A stretch of 64,000 nt of DNA from an uncultured delta proteobacterium (GCA_963776345.1 CAVZMH010000001.1:1-64000), one strand, 5' to 3'. Counted from the stretch's first letter, positions 54,751-64,000 are shown. Notes: generated from the letters alone by a model not told the origin. Numbers and translations: made by a program.

Positions 54751-54793
54751 GTCCGCTGGTACCGATGTCCCAGGCGATTTGCCGCCCACGGCC

Positions 54794-54809
54794 CGGCACG
54801 CCGACTGCA
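54794..54809 (+). promoter_or_regulatory. Sigma54 (-24/-12) promoter
   Basis: CGGCACGCCGACTGCA: GG-N10-GC spacing, matches TGGCACG-N4-TTGC. Confidence 0.7.
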
Positions 54810-54819
54810 CAGGCAGGGG

Positions 54820-54903
54820 AGCGACGTCGAGGCGGCCCGCCGTCCTGGGGCCACGGGGCGCCGTGGGTTCACTCTCCCCTCCCCACGGCGCCTCGTTTTT
54901 TTT
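54820..54903 (+). ncRNA. Candidate sigma54-dependent small RNA (~85 nt)
   Basis: Lies between the sigma54 promoter and an intrinsic terminator; no ORF with RBS; two hairpins, the second with a 14-nt pyrimidine loop. Confidence 0.55.
54854..54903 (+). terminator. Rho-independent terminator
   Basis: 14-bp stem CGGGGCGCCGTGGG/CCCACGGCGCCTCG, loop TTCACTCTCCCCTC, then T8. Confidence 0.85.
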
Positions 54904-54904
54904 G

Positions 54905-55711
54905 TCAGTAGCTGTCGCTGGAACCGCCGCCGCCGCCCTCGCCACCGCCGCCGCCGGAGAAGCCGCTCCCACCGTCTCCGCCTCCGCCGAAGCCGCCACC
55001 TCCGCCTCCCCAGCCGCCGCCGTCTCCCCCACCGCCCCAGCCGCCCCCGATGAACGGCGGGCCGCCCCAGTAGGTGCGGCGACGCGGGTGCCGGCTCGCG
55101 CGAAGGAGGAGCATCAGGACGACGAAGAGGATGAAGCCCCAGAAGCAGAGGTCGAACCAGTGGGGCAGCACGACCGGGGGCTGCTGCCAGTCGGGCGGGC
55201 GCTGGCCGGCAGGACGGCGCGTGGTGCCCGAGCCCGAGAGCGCCTCGGTGATCCCGTCCACCCCCGCCAGGATCGCGTCGTGGACCCGCTCCTGTCGCAT
55301 CAGCGGGGCGATGCGCCGCCGGATGATGTCGTTCGACTGGAGGTCGGTGAGGTCTCCCCCCACGCCCTTGCCGGTCTCGATGCGGATGCGGCGCTCGCCG
55401 GTCGCGATGACCAGGACCACGCCGTTGTCCTTGCCCTTCTGTCCCGGGCGCCAGGTCTGGATGAGCTGGTACCCGACGTCCTCGATGGGCTCCCCCTCCA
55501 GCGAGGGAGTCACCAGGACGAAGATCTGCTTGGTGGTGCGGCGCTCGTAGTCACCGAGCCGGTTGTTGAGGTCCGTCAGCTCCGCCTGGCTGAGCAGGCC
55601 CGCGGTGTCGGTGACGTAGTCGGTCTGCTTCGGGACGTTGAAGGCCCGGGCGGAACCGGCGACGAGGAGGAGCAGGGTCGCGCAGAGCGGGCCCCAGGCC
55701 CGCGCCCGCAT
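54905..55711 (-). CDS. TPM domain protein (YgcG-like)
   Basis: YVTDTAGLLS, GQKGKDNGVVLVIA..ERRIRIETG; TM; Gly-rich tail GGGGSSDSY; start overlaps the lemA stop. Confidence 0.9.
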   Translation of the reverse strand: MRARAWGPLCATLLLLVAGSARAFNVPKQTDYVTDTAGLLSQAELTDLNNRLGDYERRTTKQIFVLVTPSLEGEPIEDVGYQLIQTWRPGQKGKDNGVVLVIATGERRIRIETGKGVGGDLTDLQSNDIIRRRIAPLMRQERVHDAILAGVDGITEALSGSGTTRRPAGQRPPDWQQPPVVLPHWFDLCFWGFILFVVLMLLLRASRHPRRRTYWGGPPFIGGGWGGGGDGGGWGGGGGGFGGGGDGGSGFSGGGGGEGGGGGSSDSY

Positions 55712-56304
55712 CAGAAGGTCACCTTGGGCGCCTGCGTGGCGTCCGCGGAGGCCTGGAAGTACACCCGCGGCTTGAACGTGCCGCCCGTGACGCGCTTCAC
55801 CACTGCTCCGCGGATCTTCCCGAGCTCGGTGTTGTAGTCCCGCACGGCGTCGTTGTACTGCTCGCGCGAGCGGAGGATCCGGTTCTCGGTGCCCTCGAGC
55901 TGGACCTGCAGGTCGTGGAACTGGGCATTGGCCTTCAGATCCGGGTAGGCCTCGTTCACCAAGAGGAGCCGTGAGAGCGCGCCCTTCAGCTGGTCCTGGG
56001 CCTTCTGGAAGGCGGCGACCTTCTCCGGATCCTGAAGGTCCTCGGCGCTGAGCGTGATGCCGGTCGCCCGGGCGCGCGCCTCCGCGACGTCGGTCAGCGT
56101 CTTCTCCTCGTGCTGGGCCGAGGCTTTCACCGTGGCCACCAGGTTGGGCACGAGGTCCGAGCGGCGCTGCAGCTGGGCCTGATAGTCCGCCCACTTCGCG
56201 TCGCAGACCTGATCCTTGGCGATCAGCTGGTCGTACTGGTTGCAGCCGGCCAGGGCGAACAGTCCCACGGCGGCCACGAGGGAGATGGGGGCGCGGGTCG
56301 TCAT
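55711..56304 (-). CDS. lemA: LemA family protein
   Basis: QRRSDLVPNLV.TVK, EAYPDLKA, LEGTENRI...YN. Confidence 0.92.
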   Translation of the reverse strand: MTTRAPISLVAAVGLFALAGCNQYDQLIAKDQVCDAKWADYQAQLQRRSDLVPNLVATVKASAQHEEKTLTDVAEARARATGITLSAEDLQDPEKVAAFQKAQDQLKGALSRLLLVNEAYPDLKANAQFHDLQVQLEGTENRILRSREQYNDAVRDYNTELGKIRGAVVKRVTGGTFKPRVYFQASADATQAPKVTF

Positions 56305-56436
56305 GGCGTCACCCTAACGCCCACCATGTGCGCACGTGCAAGGGAACTTTCGGTCGGGGGTGTGCCTCCCCGGCGTCCCGGCAGGCAGACGCAAGTCCCG
56401 TCGGGACATTAGGATTCCGGCTCGTACCCGCCGACG

Positions 56437-58398
56437 ATGCGACCTGCCCCTTCTACGCCGACGAGCTCAGCGTGGACGCGCACACCCGTGCCGCGTCCGC
56501 CCAGTGCCCGGCGTGCGCGCCGGCGGCGCTGGAGGCGCTGGAGGCAGCGGGCGGCGATCATCGCGCTCGCGCTGGTGGGCGCCGTCACCGTCCTCCACTC
56601 GGTCCTCAACTCCTCGATGGTCCGGATGCGGCTCCGGGACAAGGTGGAGGCCGCGCTGGCGGCGCGACTGGGCGGCGTGGAGCTGGGGAGCCACAGCGAC
56701 GTGGACTGGGGCCTCCGGCTGAGCTTCGGCCCGGTGCGCATCTCGCCCGAGCCCGGCGCGCCGGTGGTGGTGGAGATCGAGCGGGTGCGCGTCCGGCCGC
56801 GGTGGACGTCCCTGCTCGCCGGTCGGCTCGAGCCGGGGCTGGTGCAGCTCCGCACCGTGGTCCTGCGCCCGGGTACCCACCTCGAGGGCCTGCGGGCGCT
56901 GGCGAAGCGGCTGCAATCGAAGCCGGCCGCGCCGCCGAAGGAGAACTCCGCGGCCGCGTCCACCGGCCCGCGCCTGCCGCGGCTCGAGGTGGTGGACCTG
57001 CGCATCGAGCTGGTCTCGAGCCAGGACGGCCATCCGCTGGACCTCGGCGCGTGGGACGCGCAGGTGGAGGTGACCGGAGGTCCATCCGCCCGCGCGCTGG
57101 ACGTCGCGGTGCAGCGGGACGGCGGCGGGGAGGCCCGGTCCACCGTCCGCTGGGCGCGTGACCAGCCGTTCCAGGTGGAGGCGGGCCTGGAGGGCATGCC
57201 CCTCCGGCCGCTGATCGAGCTCCTTGGGCAGAAGGTCGGGGTGCGCGCCACCGCCGGCTCGGTGACCGCCCGGATCAACGGGCTCGTTCCGCCGGACCTC
57301 AAGCGCGGCGAGCTCGAGGTGGAGGGCCGCATCGACGGGCTCTTCCTCGAGGGCAACCGTCTGGCCACCGAGCCCGTCGGCCCGTGGCGCCTGTCGGGCG
57401 CGGGGACCGTGGACTGGGACCGCGGCTCGCGCGAGGTCCGGCTCCGCGACGGCCACATCGGCTTCGGCGAGAACGACTCGTTGCGGGTCAACCTCGAGGG
57501 TGTGTACGAGGGCACCCGCGTGCCCCGCTTCCGCGCCGAGGCGCGGGTCGACCAGCTCCGTTACCAGGACGCCGTCGACGCGCTGCCGCCGCAGTTCAGC
57601 CTGGGCAACGAGGCGCCGCGCATCCCCGGGCTGCTCGACGCGAGGGTCCGCGTCTCGGGGCCGGTGCGCGACCCCGAGCAGTGGGCGGCGGAGGTGAAGC
57701 TCGACCTGGCCGGGCTCCGCGCGGTGGCCAAGGCGACGCCCTTCTTCCTCCGCGGTCCCTTCATCTACCGGCCGGTGGACGCCGCCGGGCACACCCGGGA
57801 AATCTGGGTCGGGCCGCAGAACCCGAACTTCGTCCCCATCTCGGACTTGCCCCGGTACGTCTCCCGCGCGGTGACCACCAGCGAGGACGCCGGCTTCTGG
57901 TTCCACCCCGGCTTCGACTTCGACGAGATGAGGGAGAGCCTCATCGACGCCGCGGAGGGCAGCCGGGTCCGGGGCGCGTCCACGCTCACCCAGCAGCTGG
58001 CAAAGAACCTCTTCCTCTCCCGCGAGCGGACCTTCGCCCGGAAGGTGCGCGAGGCGCTCTTTACCCTGGCGCTGGAGGCCTCGCTCCCCAAGGCGCGGCT
58101 GATGGAGATCTACCTGAACATCATCGAGTGGGGCCCGGGCCTCTACGGGCTGGGCGAGGCCTCGCGGCACTACTTCGGGGTGAACCCCAGGAACCTCAGC
58201 GTCCAGCAGGCCGCCTTCCTGGCGACCATCATCCCCAATCCGGTGAAGTACCACGCGTTCTACGAGAAGGGCCGGCTCAGCCCTCAGTGGCAGCACCGCG
58301 TCCGGACCCTCGTCCGGAAGCTGGAGTCGAACGGGATCATCGACTCCACGCAGGCGTTCCAGGCCGAGGTCACCCCGGTGAGGTTCCGGCGGGACTGA
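56437..58398 (+). CDS. Transglycosylase (GT51) domain protein with long AsmA-like beta region
   Basis: N-terminal TM; SEDAGF, RGASTLTQQLAKNLFL, RKVRE, YLNIIEWG; no transpeptidase domain. Confidence 0.88.
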   Translation: MRPAPSTPTSSAWTRTPVPRPPSARRARRRRWRRWRQRAAIIALALVGAVTVLHSVLNSSMVRMRLRDKVEAALAARLGGVELGSHSDVDWGLRLSFGPVRISPEPGAPVVVEIERVRVRPRWTSLLAGRLEPGLVQLRTVVLRPGTHLEGLRALAKRLQSKPAAPPKENSAAASTGPRLPRLEVVDLRIELVSSQDGHPLDLGAWDAQVEVTGGPSARALDVAVQRDGGGEARSTVRWARDQPFQVEAGLEGMPLRPLIELLGQKVGVRATAGSVTARINGLVPPDLKRGELEVEGRIDGLFLEGNRLATEPVGPWRLSGAGTVDWDRGSREVRLRDGHIGFGENDSLRVNLEGVYEGTRVPRFRAEARVDQLRYQDAVDALPPQFSLGNEAPRIPGLLDARVRVSGPVRDPEQWAAEVKLDLAGLRAVAKATPFFLRGPFIYRPVDAAGHTREIWVGPQNPNFVPISDLPRYVSRAVTTSEDAGFWFHPGFDFDEMRESLIDAAEGSRVRGASTLTQQLAKNLFLSRERTFARKVREALFTLALEASLPKARLMEIYLNIIEWGPGLYGLGEASRHYFGVNPRNLSVQQAAFLATIIPNPVKYHAFYEKGRLSPQWQHRVRTLVRKLESNGIIDSTQAFQAEVTPVRFRRD

Positions 58399-58462
58399 GC
58401 GCCGTCCTCTCGCCGGGGACGAGTGGGTTGCGCGCGGTGGCGCCTGCGTTACGTAACTTCCC

Positions 58463-58672
58463 ATGTTGAATGGGACCTTCGATCGTCAGGGCGAGGCCGC
58501 CGACTTCACCCTCCCCACCGGCTGTCCGCTGTGCGGTGGGGAGCTGGCCGTGCGGATGACTCCTGGCATCAGCTACAGCTACTGCGCGCACTGCCACTGG
58601 CTCTCGCGTTCGCACGTGGCGGTCGGGCCGGACAGCGTCCGCGTCGGGCATCCGCCCGGCGGGCTCGTCTGA
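58463..58672 (+). CDS. Small zinc-ribbon protein
   Basis: 69 aa, CPLCGG...CAHCHW. Confidence 0.7.
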   Translation: MLNGTFDRQGEAADFTLPTGCPLCGGELAVRMTPGISYSYCAHCHWLSRSHVAVGPDSVRVGHPPGGLV

Positions 58673-58674
58673 GC

Positions 58675-59427
58675 TCACTTCCCGAGCAGGGCTGGAAGCA
58701 GCGTCCCGCTCGGGCCTTCCCGGACGTGGTCGAAGCGGCCCGCGTTGTCGGCCCGCTCCGCGTTCACCAGCCAGGTCTCCGCGCCCCGGGCCCTGGCCAG
58801 GTCGACGAATCCAGCCGCGGGCCACACGGCTCCCGAGGTCCCCGCGGCGAGGAAGACCAGGCGTCCCCCGCGCCAGCGCTCGAGGAAGTCGTCCACCGCC
58901 TCGAGGTGCGCCGGGTCGAGCGTCTCCCCGAACCACACCACCGCCGGTCGGAGCGCCTCGCCGCAGCGCTCGCAGCGCGGCACCGTGCCCTCCGGGTAGG
59001 CGGTCTCGTCCGGGGTCTCGGGCCGGATGCACTTCGAGCAGCGCGTGCCGAGCAGCCGGCCGTGGATCTCGACCAGCCGCTCGCTCCCGGCGCGCCGGTG
59101 CAGGCCATCCACGTTCTGGGTGACGAGCAGGAAGCGCTCGCCCATTCGCCGCTCGACCTCGACCAGGGCGCGGTGACCCGCGTTCGGCCGTGTGGCCAGC
59201 GCCGCCTCGCGCCGCTCGGAGTAGAAGCGCCAGACGAGCGCCGGGTCGGCGTGAAATCCCTCGGGCGAGGCCAGCCGCTGGAAGGCGTGCGATCGCCAGA
59301 GGCCGCCCGAGCCGCGGTAGGTGGGGAGCCCGCTCTCGGCCGAGACGCCGGCGCCGGTCAGGACCAGCAGCGCCGAGTCCGGCCCCAGCCTGAGCTCACC
59401 CTCACTGGATGAAGTATCCGGCGCCAC
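58675..59427 (-). CDS. cobB: NAD-dependent deacylase (sirtuin, CobB-like); start uncertain
   Basis: LTGAGVSAESG, TQNVDGLH, EIHG, CXXC...CXXC, RPAVVWFGE, GTS. Confidence 0.88.
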   Translation of the reverse strand: MAPDTSSSEGELRLGPDSALLVLTGAGVSAESGLPTYRGSGGLWRSHAFQRLASPEGFHADPALVWRFYSERREAALATRPNAGHRALVEVERRMGERFLLVTQNVDGLHRRAGSERLVEIHGRLLGTRCSKCIRPETPDETAYPEGTVPRCERCGEALRPAVVWFGETLDPAHLEAVDDFLERWRGGRLVFLAAGTSGAVWPAAGFVDLARARGAETWLVNAERADNAGRFDHVREGPSGTLLPALLGK

Positions 59428-59818
59428 GGAATCGTCCGCCTGCGTCGAGCATCGTGGTGACGGTCTCCCGGGCGCGCTCCTTGTGCTCGAACCGGGTCTC
59501 GTAGATGACGACGACGTACGTCCCGTCGGGGGCCCCCGGCAGCGCGTGGGTCAGCTGCTTCGAGGCGAGCTTCCGCGAGACGAGCTTGCCCAGCGGCTCA
59601 CGCGCCGCCGCGGCCTGCTTCTCCCACGTCGACCGGGGAACGGCCTTGCGGAACATCGCCGAGGCCTCGTCCCACGAGGCGCCGTACTGACCGGCGTCGA
59701 TGAGCTTGAGCCAGGCCTCGGCCGCCTGGACCCCGGCGGCCTCGCTCGCCTCGGCGGCGTGGGCCGCCGCAGCGGTGGCGGCCAGCAGGAGGCAGGTCAG
59801 CGCGAGCGCACGGGTCAT
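59402..59818 (-). CDS. DUF4019 domain secreted protein
   Basis: Signal peptide; WLKLIDAG.Y..SW, LPGAPDG.YVV..YETRF, GYFI. Confidence 0.88.
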   Translation of the reverse strand: MTRALALTCLLLAATAAAAHAAEASEAAGVQAAEAWLKLIDAGQYGASWDEASAMFRKAVPRSTWEKQAAAAREPLGKLVSRKLASKQLTHALPGAPDGTYVVVIYETRFEHKERARETVTTMLDAGGRFRGAGYFIQ

Positions 59819-59896
59819 CGAGTCACTCCCCCGGGGTGGAGGAGCATGCCCGAGCAGAGGGCGATGGGCGAGTTCGTCGGCCCCGGGGCGCTCGCC

Positions 59897-61096
59897 TCAG
59901 ACCCGGGCCGCGCCGCGGCGTGCCAGGTGCGTCACCGCCTCCCCGAGCCCCCCGAGTGTCAGCGGGTACATCGGGAACACCTTGCGGATGGTCCGCACCG
60001 TCTGCGCCCACCAGGCGCTCTGCGGCTCCGGGTTCAGCCACACGTGGCGGTGGAAGTGCTCGGCGAGCTGCATCAGCCAGACGATGCCCTCGGGCCCGTC
60101 CGGATCGAACAGGTCCGTTCCGCTCGAGCGGAGCATCAGCTCGTACGGCGCCATCAGCGCGTCGCCGACCATCACCAGCTTCCAGTGCGGGCCGCAGTCG
60201 GCGAGGAGGCTCGGCAGGGGAATGGGATCCGAGAACCGCTCCGTCCGGTACACCCGCCCGTAGACGCAGTTGTGAAAGTAGTGGGTCCGCAGCTCCTTGA
60301 AGTGCGTGGCCTGCTTCGCCGCGCTGAACAGCCGGTCGACCACGTGGGCATGCGGGGTCATCGAGCCGCCCACGTCGAGGAGGAGCAGCACCCGGGTGTC
60401 CGGCCGGCGCGGGGGCCGGAGCACCACCTCCAGCTCGCCGGCGTTCCGGGCGGTGGCGTCGATGGTCTCCTCCAGGTCCAGCTCGTCCGGCGCTCCCTCG
60501 CGGGTGAAGGCCCGGAGCTTCCGCAGCGCCATGCCCATCGCCCGGGTGTCCAGCACCTGGTCGTCCCGGTAGCCACGGTACAGCCGCGCGTCCGCCGTCT
60601 TCAGAGCGCTGCGCCCGCCGCCCTCGCCCTCGATGCGGAAGCCCTCCGGCGCTGTGGCCTGTCCGGCGTTCCCGAACGGCGAGGTGCCGCGGGTGCCGAT
60701 CCACCGGTTGCCGCCGTCGTGGCGCTCTCGCTGCTCGCGCATCCGCTGCTCGAACAGCGCTTGCAGCGTTCCGGCATCGAGCGCGTCCAGGGCGGCCGAC
60801 TCCTCCGGCGAGCGCTCCCGGGGTGGTTTCTCCGCCGCGTCCCGCAGCCACTCCAGCAGCGCCTCCGCCAGCGCCTCTCCCTTCTCCTCCACGCCTTTGA
60901 AGTGGGAGAGGAACGCCTGGTCGAACGCATCCAGGTGCGCCTCGGTGTGCACGCAGAGCGCGCGGGCCACCTCGTAGAAGCCGTCCAGCGAGCTGTCGTG
61001 CAGGCCGACCTCCAGCGCCCGGGCGAGCGCCAGCGCCTCCTGCGCCCCGACCGGCACTTTCCGCCGCCTCAGCTCGTAGAGGAACCCGACGAACAC
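59897..61096 (-). CDS. VWA/CoxE-like domain protein
   Basis: HDGGNRWIGT.GTSPFG, LLDVGGSM, YFHNCVY, VGDALMAPYEL, WLNPEP. Confidence 0.9.
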   Translation of the reverse strand: MFVGFLYELRRRKVPVGAQEALALARALEVGLHDSSLDGFYEVARALCVHTEAHLDAFDQAFLSHFKGVEEKGEALAEALLEWLRDAAEKPPRERSPEESAALDALDAGTLQALFEQRMREQRERHDGGNRWIGTRGTSPFGNAGQATAPEGFRIEGEGGGRSALKTADARLYRGYRDDQVLDTRAMGMALRKLRAFTREGAPDELDLEETIDATARNAGELEVVLRPPRRPDTRVLLLLDVGGSMTPHAHVVDRLFSAAKQATHFKELRTHYFHNCVYGRVYRTERFSDPIPLPSLLADCGPHWKLVMVGDALMAPYELMLRSSGTDLFDPDGPEGIVWLMQLAEHFHRHVWLNPEPQSAWWAQTVRTIRKVFPMYPLTLGGLGEAVTHLARRGAARV

Positions 61097-61103
61097 CCCT
61101 CGC

Positions 61104-61943
61104 TCACCCCCGCGCCCGGCGCGCGCCCGCGGCCTCGGCCAGCGCCTCGAGGTCCTGCTCTTTCTTGAGCAGCGCGCCCACGAAGGGGAGCTGGGCCTCG
61201 AGCTTCAGGTTGTCGACGCCCGCGGCCTGCAGCACGGCCAGCCAGTCCACCAGCTCGCTGGTGCTGGGGCGCTTCCGGAGGCGGGTCAGCGCGCGGAGCT
61301 GGAAGAAGACCTCCAGCGCCTGATCCACCAGGTCGTCGTCCAGCGAGGGGTGATGCACCCGGACGATGCGCTTCATCAGCTCGGCGTCGGGGAAGTCGAT
61401 GAAGTGGAACACGCAGCGGCGGAGGAAGGCGTCCGGCAGCTCCTTCTCGTTGTTGCTGGTGATGACCACCACCGGTCGCTCGGCGGCGACGATCTCCTCG
61501 TCGGTCTCCATCACCCGGAACCGCATCCGGTCCAGCTCGTGGAGCAGGTCGTTGGGGAACTCGAGGTCCGCCTTGTCGACCTCGTCGATGAGCAGCACCA
61601 CCCGGCCCTTCGACCGGAACGCCTGCCCCAGGGGCCCCCAGCGAATGTAGTGGGCGACGTCCTTCACGTCGCCGTCGCCGAAGCGGCTGTCGTGGAGCCG
61701 CTGCACGGTGTCGTAGACGTAGAGCCCGTCCTGGGCCCGGGTGGTGCTCTTCACGTGCCAGGTCAAGAGCGGCAGCCCGAGCGCGGTGGCGATGGCCTCG
61801 GCCAGCAGCGTCTTGCCGGTGCCCGGCTCGCCCTTGACCAGGAGCGGTCGCTCGAGGGCCAGCGCGCAGTTCACCGCGGCCTGAAGCGCGGGGTTGGTGA
61901 GGTAGCGGTCGGTGCCGGTGAAGCGTCGGAAGGCGGTGGGCAT
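61104..61943 (-). CDS. MoxR family AAA+ ATPase
   Basis: KGEPGTGKT, LIDEVDKAD.EFPNDLL, TSNNEKELPDAFLRRC. Confidence 0.93.
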   Translation of the reverse strand: MPTAFRRFTGTDRYLTNPALQAAVNCALALERPLLVKGEPGTGKTLLAEAIATALGLPLLTWHVKSTTRAQDGLYVYDTVQRLHDSRFGDGDVKDVAHYIRWGPLGQAFRSKGRVVLLIDEVDKADLEFPNDLLHELDRMRFRVMETDEEIVAAERPVVVITSNNEKELPDAFLRRCVFHFIDFPDAELMKRIVRVHHPSLDDDLVDQALEVFFQLRALTRLRKRPSTSELVDWLAVLQAAGVDNLKLEAQLPFVGALLKKEQDLEALAEAAGARRARG

Positions 61944-61949
61944 GGGGCG

Positions 61950-62687
61950 TCAGGAGGGGAGCAGGCTCCCCAGGAGCTGGGCCACCCGGTCGAGGGCGTC
62001 CGGGTGCACGGTGTGGGGGCCGTCGAAGGGGATGAACTCGACGGCCAGCCCGGCGGCGGTCAGGAGGTCCCGCAGCGCCTCGCCCTCGGAGTAGGGCAGG
62101 ATCGGATCCTGCCGCCCGTGGGAGAGGATGACCGGAAGGCCGGTGCGGCGCGGGGCGAGCTTCCTCCAGGTGTCGGCGGTGATGAGGACCGAGCTCAGGC
62201 CCACCAGAGCCGCAGGCCGATGCTCCCAGTGCAACGCGAGGTCCGTGGCCAGCATCCCGCCCTGGCTGAACCCGCCGAGCACCACCCGCTCCGGTCCAAG
62301 CCCCGAGCCTGCGAGGAGCGCCTCGATGCACCCTTGCAGCTTCCGGCGGGCCGACGCCAGACCCTCGGGAACGTCGTTCCGGAGCCGCTCCCGGCCCTCG
62401 GCGCTCCCGGAGAGCATCGACAGCCTGGCCCAGTCCAGTGGCCACCAGGCCCGCGAGTCCCCCCAGGCCGCGACCCCCATGCTCAGGGGCGCCGCGGGGA
62501 AGGCGAAGCGCACCGGAGCGAGCCGCCGCTCCCGCTCCAGCAGCTCGGGGACGAACGGCACCAGGTCCTCCCCGGACGCTCCGTACCCGTGACAGAACAC
62601 CACCAGCAGCGGCGGCCGGGCGCCGGCCTCCGGCTGCACCACGTGCACCTCCAGCTCGCCGGCGGTGCTGGTGACCACGTCGTTCAT
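61950..62687 (-). CDS. Phospholipase/carboxylesterase
   Basis: HGYGA, GGFSQGG, HGRQDP, GPH. Confidence 0.9.
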   Translation of the reverse strand: MNDVVTSTAGELEVHVVQPEAGARPPLLVVFCHGYGASGEDLVPFVPELLERERRLAPVRFAFPAAPLSMGVAAWGDSRAWWPLDWARLSMLSGSAEGRERLRNDVPEGLASARRKLQGCIEALLAGSGLGPERVVLGGFSQGGMLATDLALHWEHRPAALVGLSSVLITADTWRKLAPRRTGLPVILSHGRQDPILPYSEGEALRDLLTAAGLAVEFIPFDGPHTVHPDALDRVAQLLGSLLPS

Positions 62688-62734
62688 GAAGTCCTCTCCA
62701 CGCTAGCAGAGCATGGTAAGGCCCAGGGTCGGCC

Positions 62735-63928
62735 ATGGCTCGCTCGCAAGTCCTGGTGACGGTCACCGGCTCGGATCAACCCGGCATCACCGCACGGCTC
62801 ACCGGCATCATCGCCACCAGCACCGCCTCGCTGCTGGACATCGAGCAGGTCGTCGTCCACGGGCAGCTGACGCTCGCCCTCCTGCTCGCCCTCGACGATG
62901 ACGACGGGCTCCTCAAGGACCTCCTCTTCGCCGCCAAGTCGCTCGGGGTCGAGCTGGACTTCGCGCCGGTCGACCCGGGCGACCCGGGCGCGCCTCCGGA
63001 CACCCAGCGCTTCGTGGTGACCGTCATCGGGCGCTCGCTCGGGGCGCGGGAGATCCACGCGGTGGCCAGCACTCTGGCCGACCACCAGGGGAACATCGAG
63101 CGCATCCACCAGCTGTCCAAGGGCGACCTGGGCTCGGTGGAGATCCACCTCGGGCTCCCGTCGGGGGCCGACCCGGAGCCGCTCAAGCGCGCGCTGCTCG
63201 AGCTGGGGATGCAGGAGAGCTTCGACGTCGCGCTCCAGCGCGAGGGCCTGTTCCGGAGGAGCAAGCGGCTGGTGGTGATGGACATGGACAGCACCCTCAT
63301 CCGGATCGAGGTCATCGACGAGCTCGCCCGGGCGCACGGCGTGGCGGACAGGGTCGCGGCCATCACCGAGCGGGCGATGCAGGGCGAGCTGGACTACGAC
63401 GAGTCCCTGCGGCAACGCCTGGGGCTGCTCGAGGGTCTCGACGTCTCGGTCCTGCGGCGCATCGCCTCCGAGCTCCCGCTCACCGAGGGGGCCGAGAAGC
63501 TCATCCAGGTGCTGAAGCGCCTCGGCTACCGGACCGCGGTCATCTCCGGCGGGTTCTCCATCGCCGCCGAGGCGCTCAAGGCGCGGCTGGGCATCGACTA
63601 CGCGTACTCCAACACGCTCGAGGTCGCCGGCGGGAAGCTCACCGGCCGGGTCGTCGGGCCCATCGTCAACGGCAAGCGCAAGGCCGAGCTGCTCGAGGTC
63701 ATCGCCCAGGCCGAGGGCGTGCTCCTCGACCAGACCATCGCCGTCGGCGACGGAGCCAACGACGTCCCGATGCTAGAGAAGGCGGGGCTGGGCATCGCCT
63801 TCCGGGCGAAGAAGACGCTCCGCGAGCGCGCCGACACCTCGCTCTCCGCCACCGGCCTCGACGCCATCCTCTACCTCCTGGGCATCAGCGCCGAGGAGCT
63901 GCAGGACGCCACGGCCCGGTTCGGGTAA
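62735..63928 (+). CDS. serB: Phosphoserine phosphatase with ACT domains
   Basis: ACT (GSDQPGIT), DMDSTLI, AMQGELD, SGGF, GDGAND. Confidence 0.95.
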   Translation: MARSQVLVTVTGSDQPGITARLTGIIATSTASLLDIEQVVVHGQLTLALLLALDDDDGLLKDLLFAAKSLGVELDFAPVDPGDPGAPPDTQRFVVTVIGRSLGAREIHAVASTLADHQGNIERIHQLSKGDLGSVEIHLGLPSGADPEPLKRALLELGMQESFDVALQREGLFRRSKRLVVMDMDSTLIRIEVIDELARAHGVADRVAAITERAMQGELDYDESLRQRLGLLEGLDVSVLRRIASELPLTEGAEKLIQVLKRLGYRTAVISGGFSIAAEALKARLGIDYAYSNTLEVAGGKLTGRVVGPIVNGKRKAELLEVIAQAEGVLLDQTIAVGDGANDVPMLEKAGLGIAFRAKKTLRERADTSLSATGLDAILYLLGISAEELQDATARFG

Positions 63929-63940
63929 AGCAGCGAGTCG

Positions 63941-64000
63941 ATGAGCACCGACGGCTGGAGCGGATGGTGGCGCGGCCGGCAGGACGCCTTCGAGGCGGCG
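63941..64000 (+). CDS. Partial CDS (runs off window)
   Basis: ATG 12 nt after the serB stop; MSTDGWSGWWRGRQDAFEAA, open to the edge. Confidence 0.4.
   Translation, partial: MSTDGWSGWWRGRQDAFEAA

Noticed and set aside
54905..55070. GCC-rich tandem repeat
   Set aside because: It encodes the ordinary Gly-rich tail of the TPM protein.

Overview
High-GC, myxobacterium-like (Myxococcales-type gene content) chromosomal window. The first ~9.5 kb looks like a decayed accessory region. It holds two copies of a 44-45 bp direct repeat matching the 3' end of tmRNA (att-like), several gene fragments, a ~200 bp duplication, and an alpha/beta-hydrolase-LuxR regulator with three copies of an 18-bp palindromic operator. 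The rest is dense core-like sequence. It includes an ArsP-like permease with a thioredoxin-like partner, a TagF-like/aminotransferase/SpsF/lipid hydroxylase cluster, a Ycf46-like AAA ATPase, MFS and RND transporters, SorAB, a J-domain protein, double-length UvrA, SpmAB, LemA/TPM, a transglycosylase, a sirtuin, MoxR/VWA and serB. The most interesting signal is at 51.4-54.9 kb. A Ser/Thr kinase and an FHA-sigma54 activator are followed by four GGTGCAAC enhancer-like boxes, a correctly spaced sigma54 promoter and an ORF-free ~85-nt transcript. That transcript ends in a terminator with a large anti-Shine-Dalgarno-like loop, so it is a candidate kinase-controlled sigma54 sRNA. Several genes have single-base frameshifts that are probably sequencing errors. 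All family calls come from motif recognition; no database searches were run.
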